Part shown: positions 49,996 to 60,751 of the stretch, one piece after another
Numbering within the stretch: position 1 is the first letter of the stretch
How the letters are laid out: each line of letters begins with the position of its first letter
Assembly: GCF_028641065.1 (NCBI RefSeq)
Contig: NW_026576092.1
Location: 124,001 to 188,000, forward strand
DNA length: 64,000 nucleotides
From: Leucoraja erinacea
Lineage: Eukaryota
Direction: 5' to 3'
The notes under the pieces: generated by a model
What the model saw: only the letters and a program-made list of their open reading frames with translations
Told to the model about the DNA's origin: nothing
Database searches by the model: none
Program-made: the position numbers and the translations under genes

Positions 49996-50509
49996 GGGGA
50001 TTCACCTTATGGATATATCTATCCCCGCCCTTCCCTACGGCTGCTACAATCCTCCCTAATAGGGGTTTAGTGGTCAGGGGCTTCCCGTCAGATGAGGTGT
50101 ACCCTCGGCAGGACCAGATGGCCAGATATTCCGTGCAGGAATTGCAGGTGAACATGCTGTCCGAAAATATGGTGTATGGTGTTGGGAAACGCTTGGGATG
50201 GGTCACCATGTACATTACCGCCGCCAGCTCGGCCTGCTGGGCGCTTAACGTATGTGGGAGTTTAAGAGCTAGGGCTATCTCTGCCTCGGAGTCCCAGATC
50301 CCACAGCCCGTGAGCCGTATTCCCTCGGACACGAAACTGGACCCGTCCACGTATATTTCCCTACCCGTGGGATGTAACCCTGCTCTAAGCCCAAAGTCCA
50401 CCTCCCACTCTACCCCTTTGTGTAGCAGCTGGTGTATAAAGTCTCGGCAGTAGCCCGTGACTCCCAGAAATGATCTTACCCCCCCACGTCCGTTGGGACT
50501 GGGAGTTCC

Positions 50510-51241
50510 TGCACTACCTAGGACTACATCTGTCTGATGACCTGACGTCCACGGCCAACACCACAGCTCTGGTCAAGAGAGCCCAGCAGCGACTTCACCC
50601 TCTCCGAAGACTACGTAAAGCAGGCCTCCCCACCACACATCTACGGACTTTTTATAGGGGGACTGTCGAGAGCACACTGACATACGGCATCACTTCCTGG
50701 TTCGGGAGCTGCAAGGCGTACGAACGGCACCAACTAGACAGGATTGTGAAGACCGCAAGCAGGATTATTGGTGCTCCACTCCCCTTCCTGCTGGACATAT
50801 ACAGGAAGAGATGTATCAGCAGAGCCATCTCCATCATCAAAGACCCCTACCACCCATCGCATGACATTTTCTCCATCCTGCCATCTGGGAAGAGGTACAG
50901 GAGCATTAGCTGCAAAACCAGCAGGATGCTCCTCAGCTTCTTCCCACAGGCTATAAGACTGATAAACGGACTTTGCCCCCTGCCAAGTATCGCGCACAAA
51001 CCCCCACACTGCAGCAGAGCCACTGTTGTGCCGCTGCCGGTCGGAACGCCTGTTGAATGTTTAGTAGAGTGTTAAATTTGTTCATGATACATGTATTTTT
51101 TTTTTATTTTTTTTTTAAATTTCTATTTATTTTTCATGCACACTGAATGGACACTGGTTGAGCAACGTTTTTTTGTTTCCTCTGGGTATGCGAATACTCA
51201 GGAAATGACAATAAAGATATACAATACAATACAATACAATA
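50510..51241 (+). mobile_element. Rex1/Babar fragment, (caata)n-tail family, inserted in the ERV RT
   Basis: ORF 50470..51075 (KRAQQRLHPLRRLRK, ILPSGKRYRS). Confidence 0.9.
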
Positions 51242-51717
51242 CCTGCCTTCTTGCTGTATCGATACCCCTTTCTCCGGCCCTAAGGGTCAGTCCCAAGAAC
51301 TTTACATCTTGTAACCCTATCTGTGCCTTCTTGGGATTTATTTTTAACCGCTCTTACAGAGCAGCTCCAGCAGTTCATTTACTAGGGGCCCATGTTCCTC
51401 TCTGGTGTCCGTGAATAGCAAAATATCGTCCACATGCTGGACGATCTTGTGGGGCTCACTAAATTCCTTTAAACATTCTGCCATACATTGGTGGAAAATA
51501 CTGGGGCTATTGTGGAACCCTTGGGGAAGACAGTTCCACGTGTACTGTTGCCCCTTGAATGTGAAAGCAAATTTGTACTGGTCTTCCTTCCTGACCGGGA
51601 TAGACCAGAAACCGTTCGAGATGTCTAGCACCGTAAATACAAATGCAGACGCTGGAATTTCCCCTAATAGGTCTGCTACAGCTGCCACAGTTGGTGCGCA
51701 AGCCGGAATATTCTTAT

Positions 51718-53413
51718 TCATAGAAACATAGAAACATAGAAAATAGATGCAGGAGTAGGCCATTCGGCCCTTCGAGCCTGCACCGCCATTCGATATGATC
51801 ATGGCTGATCATCCAACTCAGTATCACATCCCTGTGTTCTCTCCATACCCCCTAATCCCTTTAGCCACAAGGGCCACATCTAACTCCCACCCAAATATAT
51901 CCAATGAACTGGCCTCAACTACCTTCTGTGGCAGGAATTCCACAGATTCACCACTCTGTGTAAAAAATGATGTTCTCATCTCGGTCCTAAAAGACTTCCC
52001 TCTTATCCTTAAACTGTGACCCCCAGTTCTGGACTTCCCCAACAACGGGAATAATCTTCCTGCATCTAGCCTGTCCAACCCCCCAAGAATCCCGTAAGTT
52101 TCCATAAGATCCCCCCTCAATCTTCTAAATTCTAGCATGTACAAGCCGAGTCTATCCAGTCTTTCTTCATATGAAAGTCCTGCCAGGACCCTATATTCTA
52201 CCGTGGCCCTCCAGGAATTGTCTGGCTTCCGTACGGGCCAGAGCTGTGAGTTCACATGGGTGGCTATGGGCCTCAAAACGCCTTGCTTAACCAGTGGACT
52301 CAGGGCGACTTCTAAGTCAGCCTCTGCTTCTCGGGGAAAACTATACTGTTTCTACCCGTCTATCCTGACCTCTATTCCTGTGACACTTCCACAGTCGTGC
52401 TTGTGAGTAGCGAATAAGGCCAAATTTCGCTTAACATGGCCTCGATACTCTGTCGGGGTCTGCCTCACTAGGACCTCTAGATCATACCCCTCTCTGATGC
52501 CCTCTCGATGGCCATTACCATATAACCATATAACCATATAACCATATAACAATTACAGCACGGAAACAGGCCATCTCGGCCCTACAAGTCCGTGCCGAAC
52601 AAATTTTTGTCCCCTAAGTCCCACCTGCCTGCACTCATACTATAACCCTCCATTCCCTTGTCATCCATATGCCTATCCAATTTATTTTTAAATGATACCT
52701 CCTCTCTCTCAGTCCCTTCTCCTGCTATGCCCCACAAACAGTGGTTCCTCAGGTCCACTAGGACCTGGTGGGCCACTATAAAGTCGGTGTCTAGTATCCC
52801 GATGTAATGGGATGTAATGTTAAAATTGTACAAGGCATTGGTGAGGCCAATTCTGGAGTATGGTGTACAGTTTTGGTCGCCTAATTATAGGAAGGATGTC
52901 AACAAAATAGAGAGAGTACAGAGGAGATTTACTAGAATGTTGCCTGGGTTTCAGCAACTAAGTTACAGAGAAAGGTCGAACAAGTTAGGGCTTTATTCTT
53001 TGGAGCGCAGAAGGTTAAGGGGGGACTTGATAGAGGTTTTTAAAATGATGAGAGGGATAGACAGAGTTGACGTGGAAAAGCTTTTCCCACTGAGAGTAGG
53101 GAAGATTCAAACAAGGGGACATGACATGAGAATTAAGGGACTGAAGTTTAGGGGTAACATGAGGGGGAACTTCTTTACTCAGAGAGTGGTAGCTGTGTGG
53201 AATGAGCTTCCAGTGAAGGTGGTGGAGGCAGGTTCGTTTTTATCATTTAAAAATGAATTGGATAGTTATATGGATGGGAAGGGAATGGAGGGTTATGGTC
53301 TGAGCGCAGGTATATGGGACTAGGGGAGATTATGTGTTCGGCATGGACTAGAAGGGTCGAGATGGCCTGTTTCCGTGCTGTAATTGTTATATGGTTATAT
53401 GGTTATATGGTTA
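51718..53413. mobile_element. CR1 insertions in ERV pol: family A 51718-52185 (-), family B 52517-52700 (-), family B 52810-53413 (+, TSD tatccc)
   Basis: ORFs 51824 and 52817; the viral frame resumes on both sides. Confidence 0.9.
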
Positions 53414-53840
53414 TCCCCTTTCCCTCCTGCTCCCAACTCATCAGGATGCATTTCCACTGTGCCTGGAGTGCTCCTAATCGAATGGACAAGGGAATAGAGA
53501 AAAACCCCGTCTTCTTGTTTCCCGTAAAACCAACAAGACTATAGGGCACCCCACTAGATAGAGGGGATGTACGGGGATTGTCAGTGTGGACAATGGTACT
53601 GGAAGCACCTGTGTCCAGCAGGTAACTCCCGACCACATCCTGGACCTCCATCTTGACCCAGGGTCTCCCACATGGGCCATATTCTAACGGGCATAGGAAT
53701 GTGGGCTGTTTCCGGACCCTCCCGCCTTTGACTGCAAATAGGTAATTAGATCTCTTACAGCTATTGTTCCCGGCAATGCCTCTCCCTTCTCCGGGGCTGG
53801 GTCGATTGTTACCGGGGTCCTATCCCCCACTGCTCTACTT

Positions 53841-54949
53841 GTTTTATTTGTTTCTAAATCATTGAATGGCCTCGCCCCGCCTTACCTCTCTGAGCTGCTC
53901 CACCTATATGCTCCTACCCGGTGCCTCAGGTCAGCGGATCAGCTGCTCCTTGAGGTACCAAGGTCTAAGCGGAAGCTCAGAGGGGATAGAGCCTTTTCTG
54001 TTGCTGCCCCGGCACTCTGGAACACCTTGCCGCTGCAGATCAGACAGGCCCCTTCACTGTCCATCTTTAAATCCTCCCTAAAAACTCACTTTTATTCACT
54101 GGCTTTCGACACTGGCCGAGACATTGTTCTCCTGAGTTCCAGAGTGGTGAATCTCTGGAACTCTCTGCCACAGAGGGTAGTTGAGGCCAGTTCATTGGCT
54201 ATATTTAAGAGGGAGTTAGATGTGGCCCTTGTGGCTAAGGGGATCAGGGGGGTATGGAGAGAAGGCAGGTACGGGATACTGAGTTGGATGATCAGCCATG
54301 ATCATATTGAATGGCGGTGCAGGCTCGAAGGGCCGAATGGCCTACTCCTGCACCTAATTTCTATGTTTCTATGTTCCTGTTTTAGTGCTTTTAATGTCTT
54401 TTAATTTTTACTGTTTTTATTGTTTGTCGTCTTTTTTTTTTTAATTTTTTTTTATTTTATTAGAAGTAAGCACAGTCATATGGCACCAAAGTGCCTAATA
54501 TATATTTTCATAATACATTTTATGTACAACTTCTTTTTTTTTTGTTACATTGAAAAAAGATGAGAATAAGAAAAAGAAGTTAGATAGTAAAGGATAGAAA
54601 GATGTGAAATATTTAGTGTGTGAAGAAAGAAAACGAGTAAATGAAGAAAGTTGAGAGAGAAAATAGTGAAAAGAAAAGGAGATCATTATTTATAATCTTG
54701 ACCAACCCTTGTCCAGTCCTGAAACAGTTATTTTTTACAATTGTGTTGCACCATATGATTCCAAAAAAACGACGAATGGAGACCAACTCGTTATGAATTG
54801 GTCTGATTTATCCATTAGGATTATAGTTTGTCGTCTTAATGGTTTTAGTAGTTTGTAATAACTTTTTGTTGACTTCCCGTGTACAGCACTTTGTGGTAAC
54901 TGATGTTGTCTAAAAGCGCTTTATAAATAAAGTTATTATTATTATTATT
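53841..54949 (+). mobile_element. L2-clade LINE 3' end inserted in gag, itself carrying a CR1 (54135-54375) and an L1 (54434-54825) insertion
   Basis: NGLAPPYLSELL..LRSADQ..GDRAFSVAAPALWNTLP..FKSSLKTHFY; tail gtacagcacttt..gcgctttataaataaa(tta)n. Confidence 0.88.
54434..54825 (-). mobile_element. L1-clade LINE 3' end
   Basis: ORF2-like C-terminus DQFITSWSPF, AT-rich UTR, poly(A), 12-bp TSD gtttgtcgtctt (54422-54433 and 54826-54837). Confidence 0.75.
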
Positions 54950-55544
54950 GGGTATCTGCACTCCCTCTTGTAGTGCCCGGGCTTCCCACACCCATAGCAC
55001 ACCAGCCTCATCTCGGAAGAGGTCTGGCTGCCTTCCTGTTTCCACTGCCTCTTTTTGGGGGGTGCCAGTACTATTTTGTGCACCTTGCCCTTAAAGGGCT
55101 CCTCCTCACTTCTCTCCCCATTGCGATATGCAAGGGTGAGCTTCCTGATCATCTCCGCCTCGTTAAGGTTTGGGTCAGCTGGGTCGAACCAGTGCTCGGC
55201 CGATGCCCTAACTCGCGGGAGGCAATTCACCACCAGAGTCTTCAGCCAGTGAGCTGTTCTCTCATCTGAATTCTGCCTGTCTAAAGGCATCCCACACGCT
55301 CCCTCATACACTGCCCACAGCCTGTCTGCGAACATGTCCAGGGACTCAGCTACCTGTTGCTTTGTCTCTCCCACCCTGGTGAAAGGACTACCCTGATTCA
55401 ACCCCATGGCCTCCAGAACCGCTGTCTGTGCCGCTACCCATGTTTCAGGTCTTCCCCCTTCCCTGGAGGTCACCGCCTTGCATAGGTATGAATCTAGGGT
55501 CATCAGTAGCAGCTTTACCCGTTCTACCGCATCGCAATCGTTTA

Positions 55545-56106
55545 TGCGTGTGTACTGTGTGCGTGTGGTACACCAGCTGCACAGCGGCTCAGAGGAAAGC
55601 GCTCCAGAGGGCCATTGACAACGCCCAGAGGATTGTCGGCTGCCCTCTCCTTACCTTGGAGGACTTACACCGTTCCCGCTGCTGCACCAAAAAATCCCAG
55701 AGCATCATAAAGGACATTTCCCACCCCGGACACTCCCTGTTTGAACTGTTGCCGTCAGGCAGACGGTACAGATCTACAAGGACAAGGACGAACAGACTAA
55801 AAAACAGTTTTTACCCCACTGCTATAAAAGCACTAAATGTAGCTGCCAAGGAACGCAGGGGCGATACAGACTAAGGGACTGTGGTAACTGTGGAATCGAC
55901 AGAAGGATGGAGGGTTGGGTGTTTATGCGTGCTCTTTTCGTGATATTTATTTAGTTGTTTATCTTTTAATATTTTACCTTGTATGTATCGTTAGCTTTTA
56001 GAAATGTTTGAATGGTGCACTGACTGGCTGACATTTTTTAATTTCATTGTACATGGCTCATGTTACAATGACAATAAAGAAACTATTCTATTCTATTCTA
56101 TTCTAT
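55545..56106 (+). mobile_element. Rex1/Babar fragment, (ttcta)n-tail family, inserted in gag; second copy at 61428-61997
   Basis: ORF 55428..55874 (QRKALQR, LLPSGRRYRS, RLKNSFYP). Confidence 0.88.
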
Positions 56107-56475
56107 GTCAGCTGCCTGCTGCACCTCCATAAAATGCAATGACGGGTCTCCCGCCCTGGTTAACCTGGGAAAGTGAGCCACCATCCCCCTCAGCACATGT
56201 GCCCCAAGGGGAATGACGATATCACTCTCTATGGGCCCCCTATCTGCCTGCCCTAACGGGGGACCATATTTCCTTTGCCGTACCGGGCACATCTGCCCCT
56301 ACCCGGGGCTGTTGCCCCATTTCAACCCCCGGCTTTACCCACCATGATCGGTAACCCCACCACCTTGTAGTGTGCTACACATGGCACGGAAGCCGCTAAC
56401 TGAGAGTGCTCTCCCGCCCCTCCTTGGGCCTGTCCTTCCCGGACAACCCGAACCCCACCTGCCAACCCTGACCTA

Positions 56476-57230
56476 TCATAGAAACATATAAACATAGAAA
56501 TTAGGTGCAGGAGTAGGCCATTCGGCCCTTCGAGCCTGCACCGCCATTCAATATGATCATGGCTGATCATCCAACTCAGTATCCCGTACCTGCCTTCTCT
56601 CCATACCCCCTGATCCCCTTAGCCACACGGGCCACATCTAACTCCCTCTTAATATAGCCAATGAACTGTGGCCTCAACTACCCTCTGTGGCAGAGAATTC
56701 CAGAGATTCACCACTCTCTGTGTGAAAAAAGTTCTTCTCATCTCGGTTTTAAAGGATTTCCCCCTTTATCCTTAAGCTGTGACCCCCTGTCCTGGACTTC
56801 CCTAACATCGGGAACAATCTTCCTGCATCTAGCCTGTCCAACCCCTTAAGAATTTTGTAAGTTTCTATAAGATCCCCCCTCAATCTTCAAAATTCTAGAG
56901 AGTATAAACCAAATCTATCCGGGCTTTCTTCGTAAGACAGTCCTGACATCCCAAGAATTAGTCTGGTGAACCTTCTCTGCACTCCCTCTATGGCAATAAT
57001 GTCCTTCCTCAGACTTGGAGACCAAAAACTGTACGCAATACTCCAGGTGTGGTATCACCAAGACCCTGTACAACTGCAGTAGAACCTCTCTGCTCCTGTA
57101 CTCAAATCCTTTTGCAATGAAAGCTAACATACCATTCGCTTTCTTCACTGCCTGCTGCACCTGCATGCCTACTTTCAATGACTGGTGTACCATGACACCC
57201 CAGGTCTCGCTGCATCTCCCCCTTTCCCCG
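56476..57230 (-). mobile_element. CR1 family A insertion in ERV gag
   Basis: ORF 56915..57193 plus tail. Confidence 0.9.
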
Positions 57231-57749
57231 GCGCCTTAGGAGGCGGTCTATTCCCCTTTGACCCTCGGGCATCATCTGCTGAGGGAAGCCCTCTGCCCCC
57301 GGGGGACCCCCCTCGTCCTACCAGGTGAACCCGTCCCCTAGTCTTGGACAGAGTCTCCTCCAGCTGCGCTAACCTCGCCTGCAAAGGCCCGTGATCATTA
57401 TCCCCTAGCTCGCTACGGGCCACCCTGTATGCTGCTTGGATATCTTGGAACTTCCCCTCCAGCTCCCTGCACTTCTGTGTACACTGAGCCAGGAATTCCT
57501 GGGCGTTCCGTTCCCTCTCCTTTGCCTCTGCCACCTGGCATTGGAGGAATTCCTGGGCATTTCTGTGGGACTCCCTCGCCTGCAAGATACACTGCCTGGC
57601 TTTACTGCATTCCTCACATAGCCCTTCCCCTTCTCTAGCGCTTTCTTCAGCGCGGGCCCTAGCTTCCCTCAGTTGCTCTTCCAGTCTATCTGCCTGTCTC
57701 TGCATTTTTGCTACCTGCTGTGATAGGCATGCTAGCCAAACTGCCTTTT

Positions 57750-58260
57750 CAAGTCAAGTCAAGTTTATTTGTCACATACACATACGAGATGTGCAGTGAA
57801 ATGAAAGTGGCAATGCTCGCGGACATTTGTGCAAAAGACAACAACAAAACAACCAAACAAATTAGAAACACAATCATAACACACATATTCTTTTACATAA
57901 TAAATAATAGACGGAAAAACGTTCTGTAGAGTTAGTCCCTGGTGAGAAAGGCGTTTACAGTCCGAATTGCCTCTGGGAAGAAACTCCTTCTCAACCTCTC
58001 CGTTCTCACTGCATGGCAACGGAGGCGTTTGCCTGACCGTAGCGGCTGGAACAGTCCGTTGCAAGGGTGGAAGAGGTCTCTCATGATTTTGTTTGCTCTG
58101 GAGTTGCACCTCCTGTTGTATAGTTCCTGCAGGGGGGTGAGTGAAGTTCCCATAGTGCGTTCGGCCGAACGCACTACTCTCTGCAGAGCCTTCTTGTCCT
58201 TGGCAGAGCAATTCCCAAACCAGATGGTAATGTTCCCGGACAAGATGCTTTCCACCGCTG
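57750..58260 (-). mobile_element. Rex1/Babar fragment, (cttga)n-tail family, inserted in gag; same family at 48805-49005 (+), 20198-20365 (-) and 33792-33948 (-)
   Basis: ORF 57932..58255 (ESILSGNITIWFGNC, LRSGKRLR, RLRRSFFP); shared 3' UTR. Confidence 0.88.
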
Positions 58261-58639
58261 CTGTGTTTCCTGCCCTTTATTATAAGCCTTGCTTTCCGTC
58301 CATTGAGCAGCAGCTGCTGCAGGCTGCTGTGCTGTCAACAATACTATCACCCATTGTTTGGTGAGATTGATCTTTTTAAACAGATAAGAGGAGATTCTCT
58401 CCTCCATCCTGCCACGTTCTCTCACCCCCTCTGGCAAATCACATATCCCAAACCACCGAGGTCCTGCCATGGTCGCCATTCTGTAGGGGTTTTGCGTTTC
58501 CCTTTATTTCACTTCGGGCCCAACTGCCCGAGTTATTCTCTCCCTTGTCGGAGGGTCAAACAGCCACCACTCCACTCGAGCGGTTTCCAAGTGAGAGAAT
58601 ACAACAAAAGGGATTCCCCTGGGTTCTAGACCTCGGAAT

Positions 58640-59480
58640 TATGGTGGGATATGATAAAAGGTTGAATTGACCAGAGTGTGCTGATGAGGGAAAACAGAAA
58701 CCAAGATGGACTCAAAGCAAGTCTAAAATTTACAGGCTTTATTAAACAATGAGAAATCGAATCTCACCAACACTACATAATACGTGGCTAAACTTATGCT
58801 TTAAACTAAGACTATGGACGGAAAACTATCGGGCACGTCGTAAAACTTACTTTACACAATTTTACTTGCAAGTACCCCCTTTCCCCTTCTTCTCAACCTC
58901 TATCCTATTTTGGGAATTTCACCAGGTCACTGGGGTACTTACAGTTGGTCTCACGAGCCGTCCAGCAGAGCAGAAAAAGAGAAAGAGTTCTGGCTTGACT
59001 CCTGTTTTTATACCTGAGCTTCCTTTGAAACCCCCAGGTGGTCCTCTGGATAAAAGGGTTCTTTTGATGATTCCCAGTTTCGATCTGGCATGAACAATAG
59101 GCTTCCGATGATAAGGGGTTTGCTGATGTCATGATCCCTCAGCCTGATCGTTATCCCATCGCCTGGATGGGCTCCTATTGTCTCGATGGATGGGTCATCC
59201 AAGATGGTGATTGAGCTTGGGCTGGCCTGTTTACCACCGTCTGCTGAGGCTTGGTTCCTTCCTTTGTGTATCCAAGATAATCTCGTTATCTCCGTCTCAG
59301 CCTTTCCTGTCCACATCATTCGCATATTTGTGTGATGCCCAAGTCCACAGGCCAGACAGGTTTGTGGATTGGGGTTTTTTTCCGTTGCAGCCAGCAAATC
59401 TGTCTTTTTAAAATATCCATGCCCTTATCCGAGTTCTTCCATAATTTTGGAGGATTTGCCCCAATAATTTACAAGTCCTC
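58640..59480 (-). repeat. probable 5' LTR of the ERV
   Basis: TATAAAAA at 59012-59005, GTAAGT donor-like site near 58940, AATAAA at 58743-58738, all directly upstream of the gag start. Boundaries are uncertain because there is no second LTR to compare. Confidence 0.55.
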
Positions 59481-59489
59481 TCTGTCATT

Positions 59490-59848
59490 CTTTATTTTAT
59501 TAGAAGTAGACATATTATAAAGTATAGTTGAATATTATAGTAAAAAAACTTTTCATATACATCAGTCATACATTATTAAAATTTTCAATTGTCGATTACT
59601 TCTACTTCTAGTGTTTTGTTTTTATATAGAAAAAGAGAGAAAGAGATAGAAAAGTTACAAATATCAAAAAAAGAACAAAATAGGTGGAATGGATTACTTA
59701 TAATACGTAATTGGAGATAGATTCGTAGATTATAAAATATGACTTTTCATCTAATCCTGTTTCAGTTGGGTTTTCGTACCGGGCCAATCTATCCCGTCAG
59801 ATAATTAATGAATGGAGCCCATATTTTATCAAAAAGTTCTTGTTTGGC
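59490..59848 (-). mobile_element. L1-clade LINE 3' end
   Basis: C-terminus KQELFDKIWAPFINYLTG-stop; terminal cttctaataaaataaa shared with the 54434 copy. Confidence 0.7.
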
Positions 59849-59849
59849 T

Positions 59850-60725
59850 CTGTCATTCAATCATGGCTGATCTATATCTCCCTCCTAACCCCATTCTCCT
59901 GCCTTCTCCCCATAGCCTGTACTAATCAAAAATCTATCTATCTCTGCTTTAGAAATATCCACTGATGACCTCCACAGTTTTCTGTGGCAAAGAATTACAT
60001 AGAAACATAGAAACATAGAAATTAGGTGCAGGAGTAGGCCATTCGGCCCTTCGAGCCTGCACCGCCATTCAATATGATCATGGCTGATCATCCAACTCAG
60101 TATCCAGTACCTGCCTTCTCTCCATACCCCCTGATCCCCTTAGCCACAAGGGCCACATCTAACTCCCTCTTAAATATAGCCAATGAACTGGCCTCAACTA
60201 CCCTCTGTGGCAGAGAGTTCCACAGATTCACCTCATCTGACTAAGATAAAGTTCTCCTCATCTCCTTCCTAAAAGAAGTCCTTTAATTCGGAGGCTATGA
60301 CCTCTAGTCCTCGGCTCTCCCACTAGTGGAAACATCCTCTCCATATCCACTCTATCCAAGCCTTTCACTATTCTGTAACTTTTTAAATGAGGTCCCCCCA
60401 CTAAATGCCAGCGAGTACAGGCCCAGTGGCGACAAAGGCTCAGTCATTGGGTGCTCATCATCTCATTTAGTCCAAGGGTGTATGTCCCCTCATCTCCTTC
60501 AAATTTACTTCAGTCCCGCGGCCTGCAAGGCAGTGGGGGTTGTTGAAGCTGAAGTAGATAGATTCCTTCAGAAAAGTACTTCCCTGCAGGTTGTCAAGGC
60601 CGATGGGAGAAGGCCACCAGAGCCAGAACAGTACCGGTCCCAGCCATGACGTGAACTGGGAGAGCCGAGTATGACCTCGGTAGCTGGGCCGAATGGCCTA
60701 ATTCTACTATTCCTTATGAACGTAT
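59850..60725 (-). mobile_element. nested or mosaic CR1 fragments
   Basis: Family A tail at 59998-60230 inside an older CR1. Confidence 0.75.
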
Positions 60726-60751
60726 GAGAGGAATGGGCCCTTTGGCCACAA

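Larger units (their letters stand above)
49990..53715 (-). pseudogene. pol: ERV pro-pol in pieces (protease 53715-53414 and 52800-52700; RT 52515-52186, 51717-51241, 50510-50400; RNase H 50400-49990)
   Basis: ORFs 53403..53651, 52582..52833, 51824..52276, 51344..51802 and 49970..50401. Catalytic YVDD has become HVDD. Confidence 0.88.
53684..58479 (-). pseudogene. gag: ERV gag in five pieces (about 58479-58260, 57749-57232, 56475-56106, 55545-54950, 53840-53684)
   Basis: ORFs 58174..58479, 57175..57705, 56098..56292 and 54910..55503; CX2CX4HX4C knuckle. The frame rejoins across the L2 insertion (CRYP|SRAVG) and runs to TAG at 53686-53684. Confidence 0.8.
49990..59480 (-). mobile_element. degenerate endogenous retrovirus (5' LTR, gag, pro, RT, RNase H; integrase, env and 3' LTR not found), fragmented by nested insertions
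   Basis: Collinear minus-strand fragments: coiled-coil gag, CYGCGKPGHYKREC knuckle, LLDTGAS protease, RT with LDISNGF / LPQGFHNSP / HVDD, thumb FLGVTGYCRDFI, RNase H YVDGS / SAQQAEL / FSDS. Confidence 0.9.

Noticed and set aside
58600-58680. tRNA primer-binding site for the ERV
   Set aside because: I could not find a TGG-initiated match to a tRNA 3' end after a CA; it is degraded or non-canonical.
59008-59397. 129-aa minus-strand ORF in the putative LTR U3 as an accessory gene
   Set aside because: Non-ATG start, no recognisable motif, single copy; it needs a family consensus to judge.
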